The translations under genes and the position numbers were made by a program. 64,000 bases of DNA from an uncultured Pelagibacteraceae bacterium (lineage in GTDB: Bacteria; Pseudomonadota; Alphaproteobacteria; Pelagibacterales; Pelagibacteraceae), in assembly GCA_902517735.1 (NCBI GenBank), contig CABYDK010000001.1, positions 2,334 to 66,333 on the forward strand. Direction: 5' to 3'. The notes beneath the pieces are model-generated. The model saw nothing but the letters and a program-made list of their open reading frames with translations. It did no database searches and was not told where the DNA came from. Of the stretch, positions 21,767 to 31,026 are shown piece by piece. Each line of letters starts with the position of its first letter. The first letter of the stretch is position 1.

Positions 21767-23201
21767 AACAAAATTTAAAGAAGAGTGTGGTGTATTTGGC
21801 ATTAGTAATATTGAAGATGCCTCTGCCTTAACTGCTTTAGGCCTTCACGCTTTACAACATAGGGGTCAGGAGGGTTGTGGAATAGTTACGTTTGATGGTG
21901 AGCAATATTATTCAGAAAAAAGATTTGGTTTGGTAGGTGATAACTTTAACAAAGAGAAATTGTTAAAGAGATTAAAAGGAAATTATGCGATTGGTCACAA
22001 TAGATATAGCACTACAGGAAGCAATACATTAAGAAATATTCAACCCTTTTTTGCAGATACTAATGCTGGAGGAGTTGGGGTTGCTCATAATGGTAATTTA
22101 ACAAATTCAATTTATCTAAGAAATAAACTAGTCGAAGAAGGTGCAATTTTTTATACAACCTCAGATACTGAAACAATAGTTCAATTGATTGCCAAATCTA
22201 AAAGATCAAAAACAATAGATAAAATTGTTGATGCAATTTTTCAAATACAAGGAGGATATGCATTAGTAATGCTAACGCAAAAATCTTTAATAGGTGTAAG
22301 AGATCCATATGGAATAAGACCATTAATAATTGGTAAATTAAAAAATAGTTATGTGCTCGCTTCTGAAACATGTGCACTTGATATTATAGGAGCCAAATTT
22401 ATAAGAGAAGTCGAAAATGGAGAAATCGTTTTAATAGAAAATGATAAAATAGAAAGTATTAAACCCTTCCCTCCTAAAAAAGTTAGACCTTGTGTTTTCG
22501 AATATATATATTTTGCAAGACCCGATAGTATTTTAGACGGCAAATCAGCATATGAGCATAGAAAAAATTTAGGAAAAGAACTTGCGAAGGAAAGTGATAC
22601 TAATGTAGACATTGTTGTACCTGTGCCAGATAGCGGTAATGCTGCAGCGTTAGGATTTGCACAACATTTAGGTATCAATTATGAGCATGGTTTAATTAGA
22701 AATCATTATGTAGGAAGAACATTTATTGAACCGAGCCAACAAATACGAAGTTTAGGAGTTAAATTAAAACTCAACGCAAATCAGACAACAATTAAAAACA
22801 AAAAAATAGTATTAATAGATGACTCTCTTGTAAGGGGAACTACTTCGCTTAAGATTGTAAAAATGCTTTATGAGGCAGGAGCTAAAGAAGTACATGTAAA
22901 AATTGCTTGTCCTGAAATCAGATATCCAGATTTTTACGGGGTTGATACTCCAACAAAAAAGGAACTATTAGCTGCTAATAAAACAAATGATGAAATTTGT
23001 GAATATATTAAAGCAAAATCTTTAAAATTTTTATCGATAAATGGAATGTATAGAGCAATTGGATTTGATAAAAGAAATGAGAGCTATCCTCAATTAACTG
23101 ATCATTATTTTACAGGGGAATATCCAGTCAAACCTATTGATGAGTTAGGTGATAGCAAAATTACCCAACTATCATTATTAAATAACGCATCAAATAACTA
23201 A
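21753..23201 (+). CDS. purF: Amidophosphoribosyltransferase
   Basis: EECGVFG, LQHRGQE, GHNRYST, HNGNL, VPVPDSG, IDDSLVRGTT. TTG at 21753 gives an 11-aa propeptide (alternative ATG at 21720). Confidence 0.96.
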   Translation: MKIYRTKFKEECGVFGISNIEDASALTALGLHALQHRGQEGCGIVTFDGEQYYSEKRFGLVGDNFNKEKLLKRLKGNYAIGHNRYSTTGSNTLRNIQPFFADTNAGGVGVAHNGNLTNSIYLRNKLVEEGAIFYTTSDTETIVQLIAKSKRSKTIDKIVDAIFQIQGGYALVMLTQKSLIGVRDPYGIRPLIIGKLKNSYVLASETCALDIIGAKFIREVENGEIVLIENDKIESIKPFPPKKVRPCVFEYIYFARPDSILDGKSAYEHRKNLGKELAKESDTNVDIVVPVPDSGNAAALGFAQHLGINYEHGLIRNHYVGRTFIEPSQQIRSLGVKLKLNANQTTIKNKKIVLIDDSLVRGTTSLKIVKMLYEAGAKEVHVKIACPEIRYPDFYGVDTPTKKELLAANKTNDEICEYIKAKSLKFLSINGMYRAIGFDKRNESYPQLTDHYFTGEYPVKPIDELGDSKITQLSLLNNASNN

Positions 23202-23202
23202 A

Positions 23203-23760
23203 ATGAAAAAAGTAAGTTTTACAGAGATGAAGAATGGCACTAAAGAAGATTATCTTTTTTTAGATAAGCAGGAGAAAAATTTTGCAGATAAAACTGCTGA
23301 AAGAATATTAAAATATATGTCAAATCTAACTGATACATTAGAGGGATACAAAATTTCAAGATTAGAACATTCACTTCAAAGCGCAACAAGGGCTTATAAA
23401 AATAACGAAAGCGAAGAGATGGTTGTTGCTACATTGTTACACGATATTGGAGATGAGTTAGCACCATTAAATCACTCAGAATATGCTGCTACAATTATTA
23501 AACCTTATGTCTCAGAAAAAACTCACTGGATAATCGAAAAGCATGGCATATTTCAAATGTATTATTATGCTCACCATTTAGGCGGTAACAAAAATAAGAG
23601 AGATAAATACAAAAATCATAAATATTATCAAGCAACAATAGATTTTTGTGAAAAATATGATCAAATTTCATTCGATCCTAATTATAAATCATTTCCATTA
23701 GAGTTTTTTAAACCAATAGTAAAAAAAATCTTTTCTCGACAACCTTATTCTTTACTTTAA
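23203..23760 (+). CDS. HD-domain dimetal protein (PhnZ/TmpB-like metal ligand set)
   Basis: EHSLQSATRA, LLHDIGD, NH, KHG, KYDQ = H..HD..H..H..D. Confidence 0.75.
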   Translation: MKKVSFTEMKNGTKEDYLFLDKQEKNFADKTAERILKYMSNLTDTLEGYKISRLEHSLQSATRAYKNNESEEMVVATLLHDIGDELAPLNHSEYAATIIKPYVSEKTHWIIEKHGIFQMYYYAHHLGGNKNKRDKYKNHKYYQATIDFCEKYDQISFDPNYKSFPLEFFKPIVKKIFSRQPYSLL

Positions 23761-23790
23761 ATTTTTTAATAAAGTACTATTTAATTAATT

Positions 23791-25086
23791 ATGATCGACT
23801 CTAAAGAAAAAATTATAAAACATTTCGAGTCTGGAATAAAAAATATTAAAGATTTTAGAATCGGAATAGAACATGAAAAATTTCTATTTGATAATAGAGA
23901 TAATAAGAGAATTAATTATTCTAAAGTTAAAGAAATGTTTGCTGCTCTTCTTGAATTTGGATGGAACCCTATTTTTGAAAAAGGAAATATTATAGGATTG
24001 AGTAATGGAAATAAAAATATATCGTTAGAACCAGGGAATCAAATAGAACTATCAGGTGAAAAATTAAATCATATTCATGAAGCTTGTGCTGAATCACAAG
24101 ACTATTTATTTGAATTAAGACAAGTTACAAAAAAGCTTGATATTAATATTGTAAGTGCTGGGTTTGACCCTATTTCAAAACTTGATCAAATTCCTGACAA
24201 TCCAAAATTACGATATAAACTTATGACTAAAGATATGCCTTTAGATGGTGAGTTAAGCTTAGACATGATGTATCGTACCTGCGGAACACAATTAAACATA
24301 GATTATAAATCTGAAGAAGATTTTGTTAAAAAATTCAAAATTTTAAACTCAATTGTACCTATTTCAATTGCTTTGTTTGCAAATTCTTCAATTGTAGAAA
24401 AAAAAGATAGTAAATATCTTTCATATAGATCAAAAGTTTGGCAAAATACTTCACGTGGTGGATTACCAAAATTATTCTTTGAAGATTTGAATTTTGAAAA
24501 ATATGCAGATTTTGTAGTCAACTTTCCGATGTTATTCATTCAAGACAACGAAAATTTAATCTCAGGGAGAAAATATATCTTCAAAGATTTCATGAATGGA
24601 AAAATAGATGAGATTGGGAATAGATTGCCAAATGAGAAAGATTTGTCATCTCATCTTAGTACAATTTTTACAGAAAACAGACTAAAAAAATATATTGAAA
24701 TTAGATCTATGGACACATGTGGTTGGGATTGTTTATGTGCTGGTCCAGCTTTTTATATTGGAATATTGTACGGAAATCTTAATGAAGTTTATGAATTAAT
24801 TTCAAAATGGGATAAGAATAAAATCATTAATGCTTATTTAGAGGCACCTCACAAAGGATTTAATACTCAGCTTATGGGTAAAGATCTTCTTTATTGGGCG
24901 TCTAGATTATTAAATTTGTCTAGAAAAGGATTGGAAGATAGAGATATACTGAATAAGAGTGGAAAAAATGAAACTTTATTTTTAAATCACTTACAGAAAG
25001 TAATTGATAATAAAACCACTAATGCAGATCATATGATTAGTAAATTTTCTAAAAATGAAGATTTAAGCGAATTGTATGATAAATAA
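23791..25086 (+). CDS. gshA: Glutamate-cysteine ligase (alphaproteobacterial/plant type)
   Basis: IGIEHEKF, SLEPGNQIELSG, MMYRTCGTQLNID, ALFANS, LSTIFTE.RLK.YIEIRS.D. Confidence 0.94.
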   Translation: MIDSKEKIIKHFESGIKNIKDFRIGIEHEKFLFDNRDNKRINYSKVKEMFAALLEFGWNPIFEKGNIIGLSNGNKNISLEPGNQIELSGEKLNHIHEACAESQDYLFELRQVTKKLDINIVSAGFDPISKLDQIPDNPKLRYKLMTKDMPLDGELSLDMMYRTCGTQLNIDYKSEEDFVKKFKILNSIVPISIALFANSSIVEKKDSKYLSYRSKVWQNTSRGGLPKLFFEDLNFEKYADFVVNFPMLFIQDNENLISGRKYIFKDFMNGKIDEIGNRLPNEKDLSSHLSTIFTENRLKKYIEIRSMDTCGWDCLCAGPAFYIGILYGNLNEVYELISKWDKNKIINAYLEAPHKGFNTQLMGKDLLYWASRLLNLSRKGLEDRDILNKSGKNETLFLNHLQKVIDNKTTNADHMISKFSKNEDLSELYDK

Positions 25087-26002
25087 AATAATTGCTATAC
25101 AAGGAAACCACCTAGCTAAGCTCAATCCTTTAACTGATACTAGTATTTTTTTAGCTCACGAAATTCAAAAAAAAAAATATAAAATCTTTTATTATGATCC
25201 TAAAGATTTATCTATAGTTAATTCAAAAGTAATTGCGAAAGGTTTTTTTGTAAAATTTAGTTATAAAAAAAAAAATTTTTTTAAAATACTAATTAAAAAA
25301 AAAGTAGATTTATCAAAGTGCAAATTTATCTTAATCAGACAAGATCCTCCATTTAATCTTGAATATGTCTCAACAACACATATTCTAGATAATATTAAAA
25401 ATAAAGTTAAAATAATAAATAATCCTACATCCATAAGAAATATTTCTGAAAAGCTTTATTCAGCTAAGTTTCAGAAGTTCATGCCAAGCACTATTTTTAC
25501 CCAAGATATAAAAGAAATTAAAAAATTTTTTAAAATTCACGATAAAGTAATCTTAAAACCTATTCATAGTTATAGTGGTAATGATATTCATTTATTAAAG
25601 AAGTTTAATTTTAAATTCATAAAAAACTTTATTAAAAAACATGATCATATTGTTTGTCAAAAATATTTATCCAAAATCATAAATGGTGACAAAAGGGTAT
25701 TTTTAATTAATGGTAAAGTAAGTGGAGCAATATCTAGATTGCCTAAAAAAGGCTCTTTTTTAAGTAATATGAGTAAAGGGGCTATAGCAGTTAACACTAA
25801 ATTAACTACTAATGAAAAAAAAATATCAAAATTAATTGCAAAAGATTTAAAAAAAGAGCAAATTTTCTTTGCAGGAATCGATTTTATTGACCAGAAACTT
25901 AATGGTGATATTAACGTTACATCGCCAACTGGATTAAAAACTCTATATGATTTATCTAAAATTAATCTTGCAAAAACTTTTTGGGAAGAATTAAAAGCTT
26001 GA
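25076..26002 (+). CDS. gshB: Glutathione synthetase
   Basis: DTS, RQDPPF, NNP.SIRN.SEK, GDKRV, INVTSPTG. Confidence 0.95.
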   Translation: MINKIIAIQGNHLAKLNPLTDTSIFLAHEIQKKKYKIFYYDPKDLSIVNSKVIAKGFFVKFSYKKKNFFKILIKKKVDLSKCKFILIRQDPPFNLEYVSTTHILDNIKNKVKIINNPTSIRNISEKLYSAKFQKFMPSTIFTQDIKEIKKFFKIHDKVILKPIHSYSGNDIHLLKKFNFKFIKNFIKKHDHIVCQKYLSKIINGDKRVFLINGKVSGAISRLPKKGSFLSNMSKGAIAVNTKLTTNEKKISKLIAKDLKKEQIFFAGIDFIDQKLNGDINVTSPTGLKTLYDLSKINLAKTFWEELKA

Positions 26003-26859
26003 AAAATTTAACTGACCAGCAAAAAGGGTCTTTACTTGCTTTTGTTGCAGTGATTTTTATCACACCTGACTCATTGTTTATACGTCTGTCGAATGTCGAT
26101 ACCTGGGGTTTAGTATTTTACAGAGGTTTTATACCTTTTTTGACAGTTTTTATTATAATGCTTGTAATTTACAAATTAAATTTTTTTAAAATTCTTTTTA
26201 GTAGTGGTTATCATGGAATAATTTACATATGCACTTTTAGTTTAACAAACATTACTTTTGTAGTTTCAATTCAAAATACAAATGTAGCAAACACACTTGT
26301 AATGATTGCTACTGCACCAATGTTGTCGGCTATTTTAGGTGCAGTTGTTTTAAAAGAAACTCCTGACAAAAAAACATGGATTTCTATAATTATCACTTTT
26401 TTATCTATAATTTATATTTTTTTTGACTCAATTAAATTAGGTAACTTTTATGGAGATTTATTAGGATTTGTTACAGCAATTGGACTTGCTGTAGGAGCTA
26501 TAATTATTCGATCTGCAAAATCAAAAAATTTGGTTCCAGCAGCAGTTATTGGAAAATTATTTGTTGCTAGTTTTGCATTAATTTTTATTGAAAGTTTTGT
26601 GCTTGAAAATAAAGACCTTATTATTGTCCCTTTAATGTGTATTCTTTGTGTAGCAATACCTTTTGTATTAGTTACCATTGCTCCAAGATTCATTCCAGCA
26701 GCTGAAGTAAATTTATTTTTTCTTCTTGAGACAATTATTGGACCTATTTGGGTTTGGCTTATTATCAAAGAACAACCAAGTATAGAAACCTTGCAGGGCG
26801 GCATCATTATAATCGCTACTATTGCAGTTCATTCATTTTTAAAGCTTAAAAATTCTTAA
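25999..26859 (+). CDS. DMT/EamA family transporter
   Basis: About 10 TM in two EamA repeats, LETIIGPIWVW..EQP. TTGA overlap with the gshB stop. Confidence 0.88.
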   Translation: MKNLTDQQKGSLLAFVAVIFITPDSLFIRLSNVDTWGLVFYRGFIPFLTVFIIMLVIYKLNFFKILFSSGYHGIIYICTFSLTNITFVVSIQNTNVANTLVMIATAPMLSAILGAVVLKETPDKKTWISIIITFLSIIYIFFDSIKLGNFYGDLLGFVTAIGLAVGAIIIRSAKSKNLVPAAVIGKLFVASFALIFIESFVLENKDLIIVPLMCILCVAIPFVLVTIAPRFIPAAEVNLFFLLETIIGPIWVWLIIKEQPSIETLQGGIIIIATIAVHSFLKLKNS

Positions 26860-26917
26860 ACTTATCACAAATAAGACTTGATTTATTAATACATCGCAAA
26901 TAATTACATCGGTTTTT

Positions 26918-28228
26918 ATGAATAAAGTTTTAAAAAATTCTTGGGCACTATTTTTAGGAATGAGCTTCATTATGATGGCTTATGGATTTCAAGGATCTCT
27001 TCTAGGAGTGAGAGCTGTTCAAGAAGAGTTTAGTTTAACAGCAACAGGATTTATGATGTCTGGATATTTTGTTGGATATTTTTTAGGTGCTGCAACTATT
27101 CCAAATATAATTTCTAGAGTTGGACATATAAGAGTTTTTGCTGCTTTTGCATCATTAGCTTCATTAGTTATATTAGTTCATTCTATTTTGATAAACCCTT
27201 TAATATGGTTTTTATTAAGAGTACTTACTGGAATAAGTATGGTCTGTATTTATACTGTTGCCGAAAGTTGGCTTAATGACAGATCTAGCAATAAGACGAG
27301 AGGAAGTGTTCTATCAATTTATATGGTTATTCTCTATGGATCAATAGGTGTGGGCATGTTTCTCCTAAATTTTAGTAGCCCTCAAAATTTTCAACCCTTC
27401 ATATTAATTTCTGTAATTACTTCGGCTGCTTTAATACCAATTTTGCTAACTAAAAAAAAACCTCCCACATTTAAAAAAATCAAAGTTATGAATTTAAAAG
27501 AGCTTTATGAAGCATCACCTTTTGGGATAGTAAGCTCTATGTTTTATGGAACTATACAGTCTGCGTTATTCACATTATTAGCTGTGTATGCTACCTCTAT
27601 GAATTTCACGATTTTAGAAATATCAATTGTAACTTTTCTTTTAGCTGTATCAGGTGCGGTAGCACAATTTCCTATAGGAAAAATTTCAGATATATATGAT
27701 AGAAGGAAAGTCATTGTTTATTCAACATTTGGTGCTGCAGTATTTGCAATAATAACTATCTTAGTTTCAAGACAAATGTACTTACCTGATGGTCTAGCGA
27801 CTAGCAAAACATTGTTTTATATATTTTTCATTCTTTTTTCTTTTTGTAGTCTTCCAATGTTTTCACTGATTTTAGCTCATACTAATGATTTTATTTCTAA
27901 GGAAAAATTTGTTTCTGCAGGTGCTGGGCTTCAATTTGCATTTGGAATAGGAGCAATGAGCGGTCCTTTTTTATGTTCTATATTTATGGATTTAGTCGGA
28001 TCTAATGGTTTTTTTGTATTTCTTTTTATTTTTCATTCACTTATTGGAATTTTTGGAATTTATAGAATGAAAGTAAGAGAAACAGTTGATAATCCAGATT
28101 CTCAATTTGTCGCAATGCCTGAAACCATAACTCCTGCAGGAATTGAACTTAATCCAACAACAGAACCTATTTCTGAGCCTGAAAAAACATTAAAAGAGGA
28201 AAAAGAATTCAATAAAGAATCAATTTAA
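26918..28228 (+). CDS. MFS transporter (YcaD-like)
   Basis: 12 TM, ISRVGHIR, AESWLN, GKISD.YDRR. Confidence 0.88.
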   Translation: MNKVLKNSWALFLGMSFIMMAYGFQGSLLGVRAVQEEFSLTATGFMMSGYFVGYFLGAATIPNIISRVGHIRVFAAFASLASLVILVHSILINPLIWFLLRVLTGISMVCIYTVAESWLNDRSSNKTRGSVLSIYMVILYGSIGVGMFLLNFSSPQNFQPFILISVITSAALIPILLTKKKPPTFKKIKVMNLKELYEASPFGIVSSMFYGTIQSALFTLLAVYATSMNFTILEISIVTFLLAVSGAVAQFPIGKISDIYDRRKVIVYSTFGAAVFAIITILVSRQMYLPDGLATSKTLFYIFFILFSFCSLPMFSLILAHTNDFISKEKFVSAGAGLQFAFGIGAMSGPFLCSIFMDLVGSNGFFVFLFIFHSLIGIFGIYRMKVRETVDNPDSQFVAMPETITPAGIELNPTTEPISEPEKTLKEEKEFNKESI

Positions 28229-28321
28229 GGTTGTACCCAAATTAGCCAGATTTAAAATCTTTTTTTATTATTTTTTTATTGAAAAAAAAATTTTTCTCCA
28301 GTGAAATGAGTTATTAAAAAA

Positions 28322-29056
28322 ATGGCTAATAAAAAAAAAATAAATAAAAAAGTTTCAAAAAAGAAAGTTGGAATAGCAAAGATTGCTACTCTTACAACAA
28401 AATCTATAAGTAATGCATTTTCAAATTACAAAAAAAACAAAGAATTAGAAAAAATTCGATCAATAAAGTTACGAAAACTTGAAGAAAAGAATCAAATACA
28501 AAAAGATAGAAGAGAATTAAGAAATTGGGAAGAAAAATTAAATAAAGAAAGTAATAAAATTAAATTTAAAGATGAAGAGTTAAGAATAAGAGAAAAAGAT
28601 TTTAGATCCAAGGAAGAAAAACATAAAATTGAATTAGAAAGACTTAATAAAAAAGATGAGCATTTAGTCTTGGTTGCAAAAGAAATGAGAATAAAAGAAA
28701 AAGAGCTAAAGTTTAAAGAAGAAGTGCAGAATAGAAAAGATATTGATCTAAAAGCAAGAGAAGAAGAACAAAAACAAAAAGAATTAAAAGAACAAAGACG
28801 AAAGAATAAAGAATTAAAATCTTTAAAAGAAGATGAAGAAAGAAAAAAACAACTTGAATATATTAAGATTAAAGAATGGGAAGAGAAATTTGATAGAGAA
28901 CAGAAGGAAAAGGAGCTAAAAGAGAATAGAAGAGAATTAAGACTAAAACAGAAAGAATTAGAGAAAAACCGAACTGAAGAACCTTTAGCTGAGAATAGCT
29001 CTAATCTAACACTTTCTCTCGAGAATTTTGATATAAATAAAAAATCAAAAAACTAA
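28322..29056 (+). CDS. Highly charged E/K/R-rich coiled-coil or single-alpha-helix protein, unknown function
   Basis: 244-aa ORF with a basic N-terminus and about 180 aa dominated by E, K, R. Confidence 0.75.
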   Translation: MANKKKINKKVSKKKVGIAKIATLTTKSISNAFSNYKKNKELEKIRSIKLRKLEEKNQIQKDRRELRNWEEKLNKESNKIKFKDEELRIREKDFRSKEEKHKIELERLNKKDEHLVLVAKEMRIKEKELKFKEEVQNRKDIDLKAREEEQKQKELKEQRRKNKELKSLKEDEERKKQLEYIKIKEWEEKFDREQKEKELKENRRELRLKQKELEKNRTEEPLAENSSNLTLSLENFDINKKSKN

Positions 29057-29709
29057 CTTTCAAAATTTTTACCTATTTTTAATTTATTGATATGTTTAGA
29101 CATTTTCATCAATACTTGTTTTTTTGTTAACTTATTAGTTCTTATCAAAATAGCACCTTTTACTTTGATCAAAGGACTATTTTTTCTGTATTTATCTAAT
29201 TTAGTTCTCATATTAAGAGATTTTTTTACTTCCCTTAAAGACACTGATTTTTCAAGTTCTAACCAACGTCTTTTAGCAGCTATCTCTGGACTACACTTAA
29301 AGTAAAAAGCTAAATCATACTTTGGTTTTTTTGCTAAAATTTTGCTTGCTATGTCTCTACCCTCTACACAAATTTTATTATGTCTTTTAATAATTTTCAT
29401 CTGAAATTGATTTACAATTTCTCTTACTTGCTTATTTTTAGCTAGACCTGAAACATGGTTAGATATCTCCTCAGAATGAAGTTTTTGTTTGGCAATTTTA
29501 TTATATGAAACAGTTTTAAATGTTTTCTTTAAATAGGGAATAAATTTTTTTGGCTTATTCTGGATAATAAGTTTACTACAATATCTATATAATAAACCTG
29601 AATTAATAAGTAAAAGTTTGTATTTCTTAGAAACTAATTTTGCTGCTGTACTTTTGCCACTTGCTGACTCCCCATCACAAGCAATAATTAATTTTTTAAA
29701 TGAAACCAT
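29053..29709 (-). CDS. cmk: Cytidylate kinase
   Basis: IACDGESASGKST, SGLLYR, EGRDI, AAKRR, R..SPL. Confidence 0.85.
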   Translation of the reverse strand: MVSFKKLIIACDGESASGKSTAAKLVSKKYKLLLINSGLLYRYCSKLIIQNKPKKFIPYLKKTFKTVSYNKIAKQKLHSEEISNHVSGLAKNKQVREIVNQFQMKIIKRHNKICVEGRDIASKILAKKPKYDLAFYFKCSPEIAAKRRWLELEKSVSLREVKKSLNMRTKLDKYRKNSPLIKVKGAILIRTNKLTKKQVLMKMSKHINKLKIGKNFES

Positions 29710-29720
29710 AAAATTTACAA

Positions 29721-30809
29721 TTAAGTATTTTCTTTATTATCAAAAATATTTGCTACTCGTGACTTAAATATTGTTTCTTCTTTTTCTAGGATATCAACAT
29801 AATTATCAAAATTTTTAAGTTCTTCCTCAAAATTTTCAAATATATTAGTTATCATTTTTGTAATTTTTATTAAATTTTTTTTCTTTTCATCAAATTTATA
29901 TTTTTCGTTTATTGGAACCGCTTCTGAATAAAAAGCACTTCCTTCTTTATTTGTTAAAATACAATTTTTTAATATTGCTGCTTCTCTAGGTAAGCCGTCA
30001 ACACCTGGATGATAACCAAAATCTATATAAATTTTACTTTTTGATAAAATTTCTATTACCTCTTTGATGCTATAGTTATACAAAGGAATAAATTTAAAAT
30101 TAGAATTACTTTCCATTATTCTTTTCATAAAACTTGAGCTTTTAACAGGGTTATAGCAAATAATATTTTCTTTATGTTTTAAAGATAGGTCTTTTGCTGC
30201 TTGAAAAAATTCACCTCTTATAAAATCATTTAGATAATGTGATTCAACATTTTTAGAACTCAATACCTTATATTGATAATAAGATTGTGCTAAATTTAAT
30301 TTAAAATCTTTTTTTTTTACTAAATTTGAAAAAGGAAAGTTTAAATAAACAATCTTTAAATATTTTGCTAAACTTAAATTTCCAAAATAATTTTTTGTTA
30401 TTTCATTAAATTTATTAATGATATAAAAAGGTATTTTTATGGTTGATTTAACATATTTTGAAAAATTTTGTTGATAATGAGTTATAAAAAAATGATCTAA
30501 ACTCATCCAAAATAAGACTTTTTGGATATTCTTAAATTTTTTTGAAACTAAAATTTGATCGTTAACTTCTGCGACTACTAAAATATTTTTATCCAAATCC
30601 TCTATAGTTCTAGTAAAAGGTACATCGTAGAATTTTAAATTTTCATGCACTGGATCTTCTATATTATCTGGATAATAATACATGAATACATTTTTTCCCA
30701 AATTTTTTAACTCAGCAGCTAATTGGTGCATATGTTTTGGGCCTCCAGAACTGAAATTGCTTGGGGATAAAATATAGTAAATTGTTTCCTTATAAATGTT
30801 TAGATTCAT
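29721..30809 (-). CDS. Putative GT-B glycosyltransferase-like protein
   Basis: N-terminal SGGP..MHQL, C-terminal YIDFGYHPGVDGLPREAA resembling the GT4 donor-binding segment. Confidence 0.55.
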   Translation of the reverse strand: MNLNIYKETIYYILSPSNFSSGGPKHMHQLAAELKNLGKNVFMYYYPDNIEDPVHENLKFYDVPFTRTIEDLDKNILVVAEVNDQILVSKKFKNIQKVLFWMSLDHFFITHYQQNFSKYVKSTIKIPFYIINKFNEITKNYFGNLSLAKYLKIVYLNFPFSNLVKKKDFKLNLAQSYYQYKVLSSKNVESHYLNDFIRGEFFQAAKDLSLKHKENIICYNPVKSSSFMKRIMESNSNFKFIPLYNYSIKEVIEILSKSKIYIDFGYHPGVDGLPREAAILKNCILTNKEGSAFYSEAVPINEKYKFDEKKKNLIKITKMITNIFENFEEELKNFDNYVDILEKEETIFKSRVANIFDNKENT

Positions 30810-30883
30810 TAAAAAACTATTATATTTCTTTTCTTTAGTTTCATTTACATAATACGATAATTTTCACAATGTTGCATTATAAT

Positions 30884-30956
30884 ATCATTCGAATGATTGA
30901 ACTAAAAAAAAGACTAAACACAATGATAACTATGATAAAATTACTGTAAATGATAA
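30884..30956. promoter_or_regulatory. 14-bp perfect palindrome plus three ATGATAA direct repeats in a divergent intergenic region
   Basis: ATCATTCGAATGAT at 30884-30897. ATGATAA at 30923, 30932 and 30950. Confidence 0.3.
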
Positions 30957-31026
30957 ATTTTTTTTTGATTACTCTATAAGACTTATGAATAACTTTAACA
31001 AAAATTAAATTAACCAAATATTAAAA

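Noticed and set aside
28440-28970. AAAGAA-rich quasi-repeats as a tandem repeat or CRISPR array
   Set aside because: They are explained by Lys/Glu codons in an open frame, with no constant repeat-spacer period.
30877-31017. 46-codon minus-strand ORF (TTG start, hydrophobic C-terminus) and tiny plus-strand ORFs in the island spacer
   Set aside because: No SD or coupling, and T-rich DNA yields hydrophobic peptides by default.
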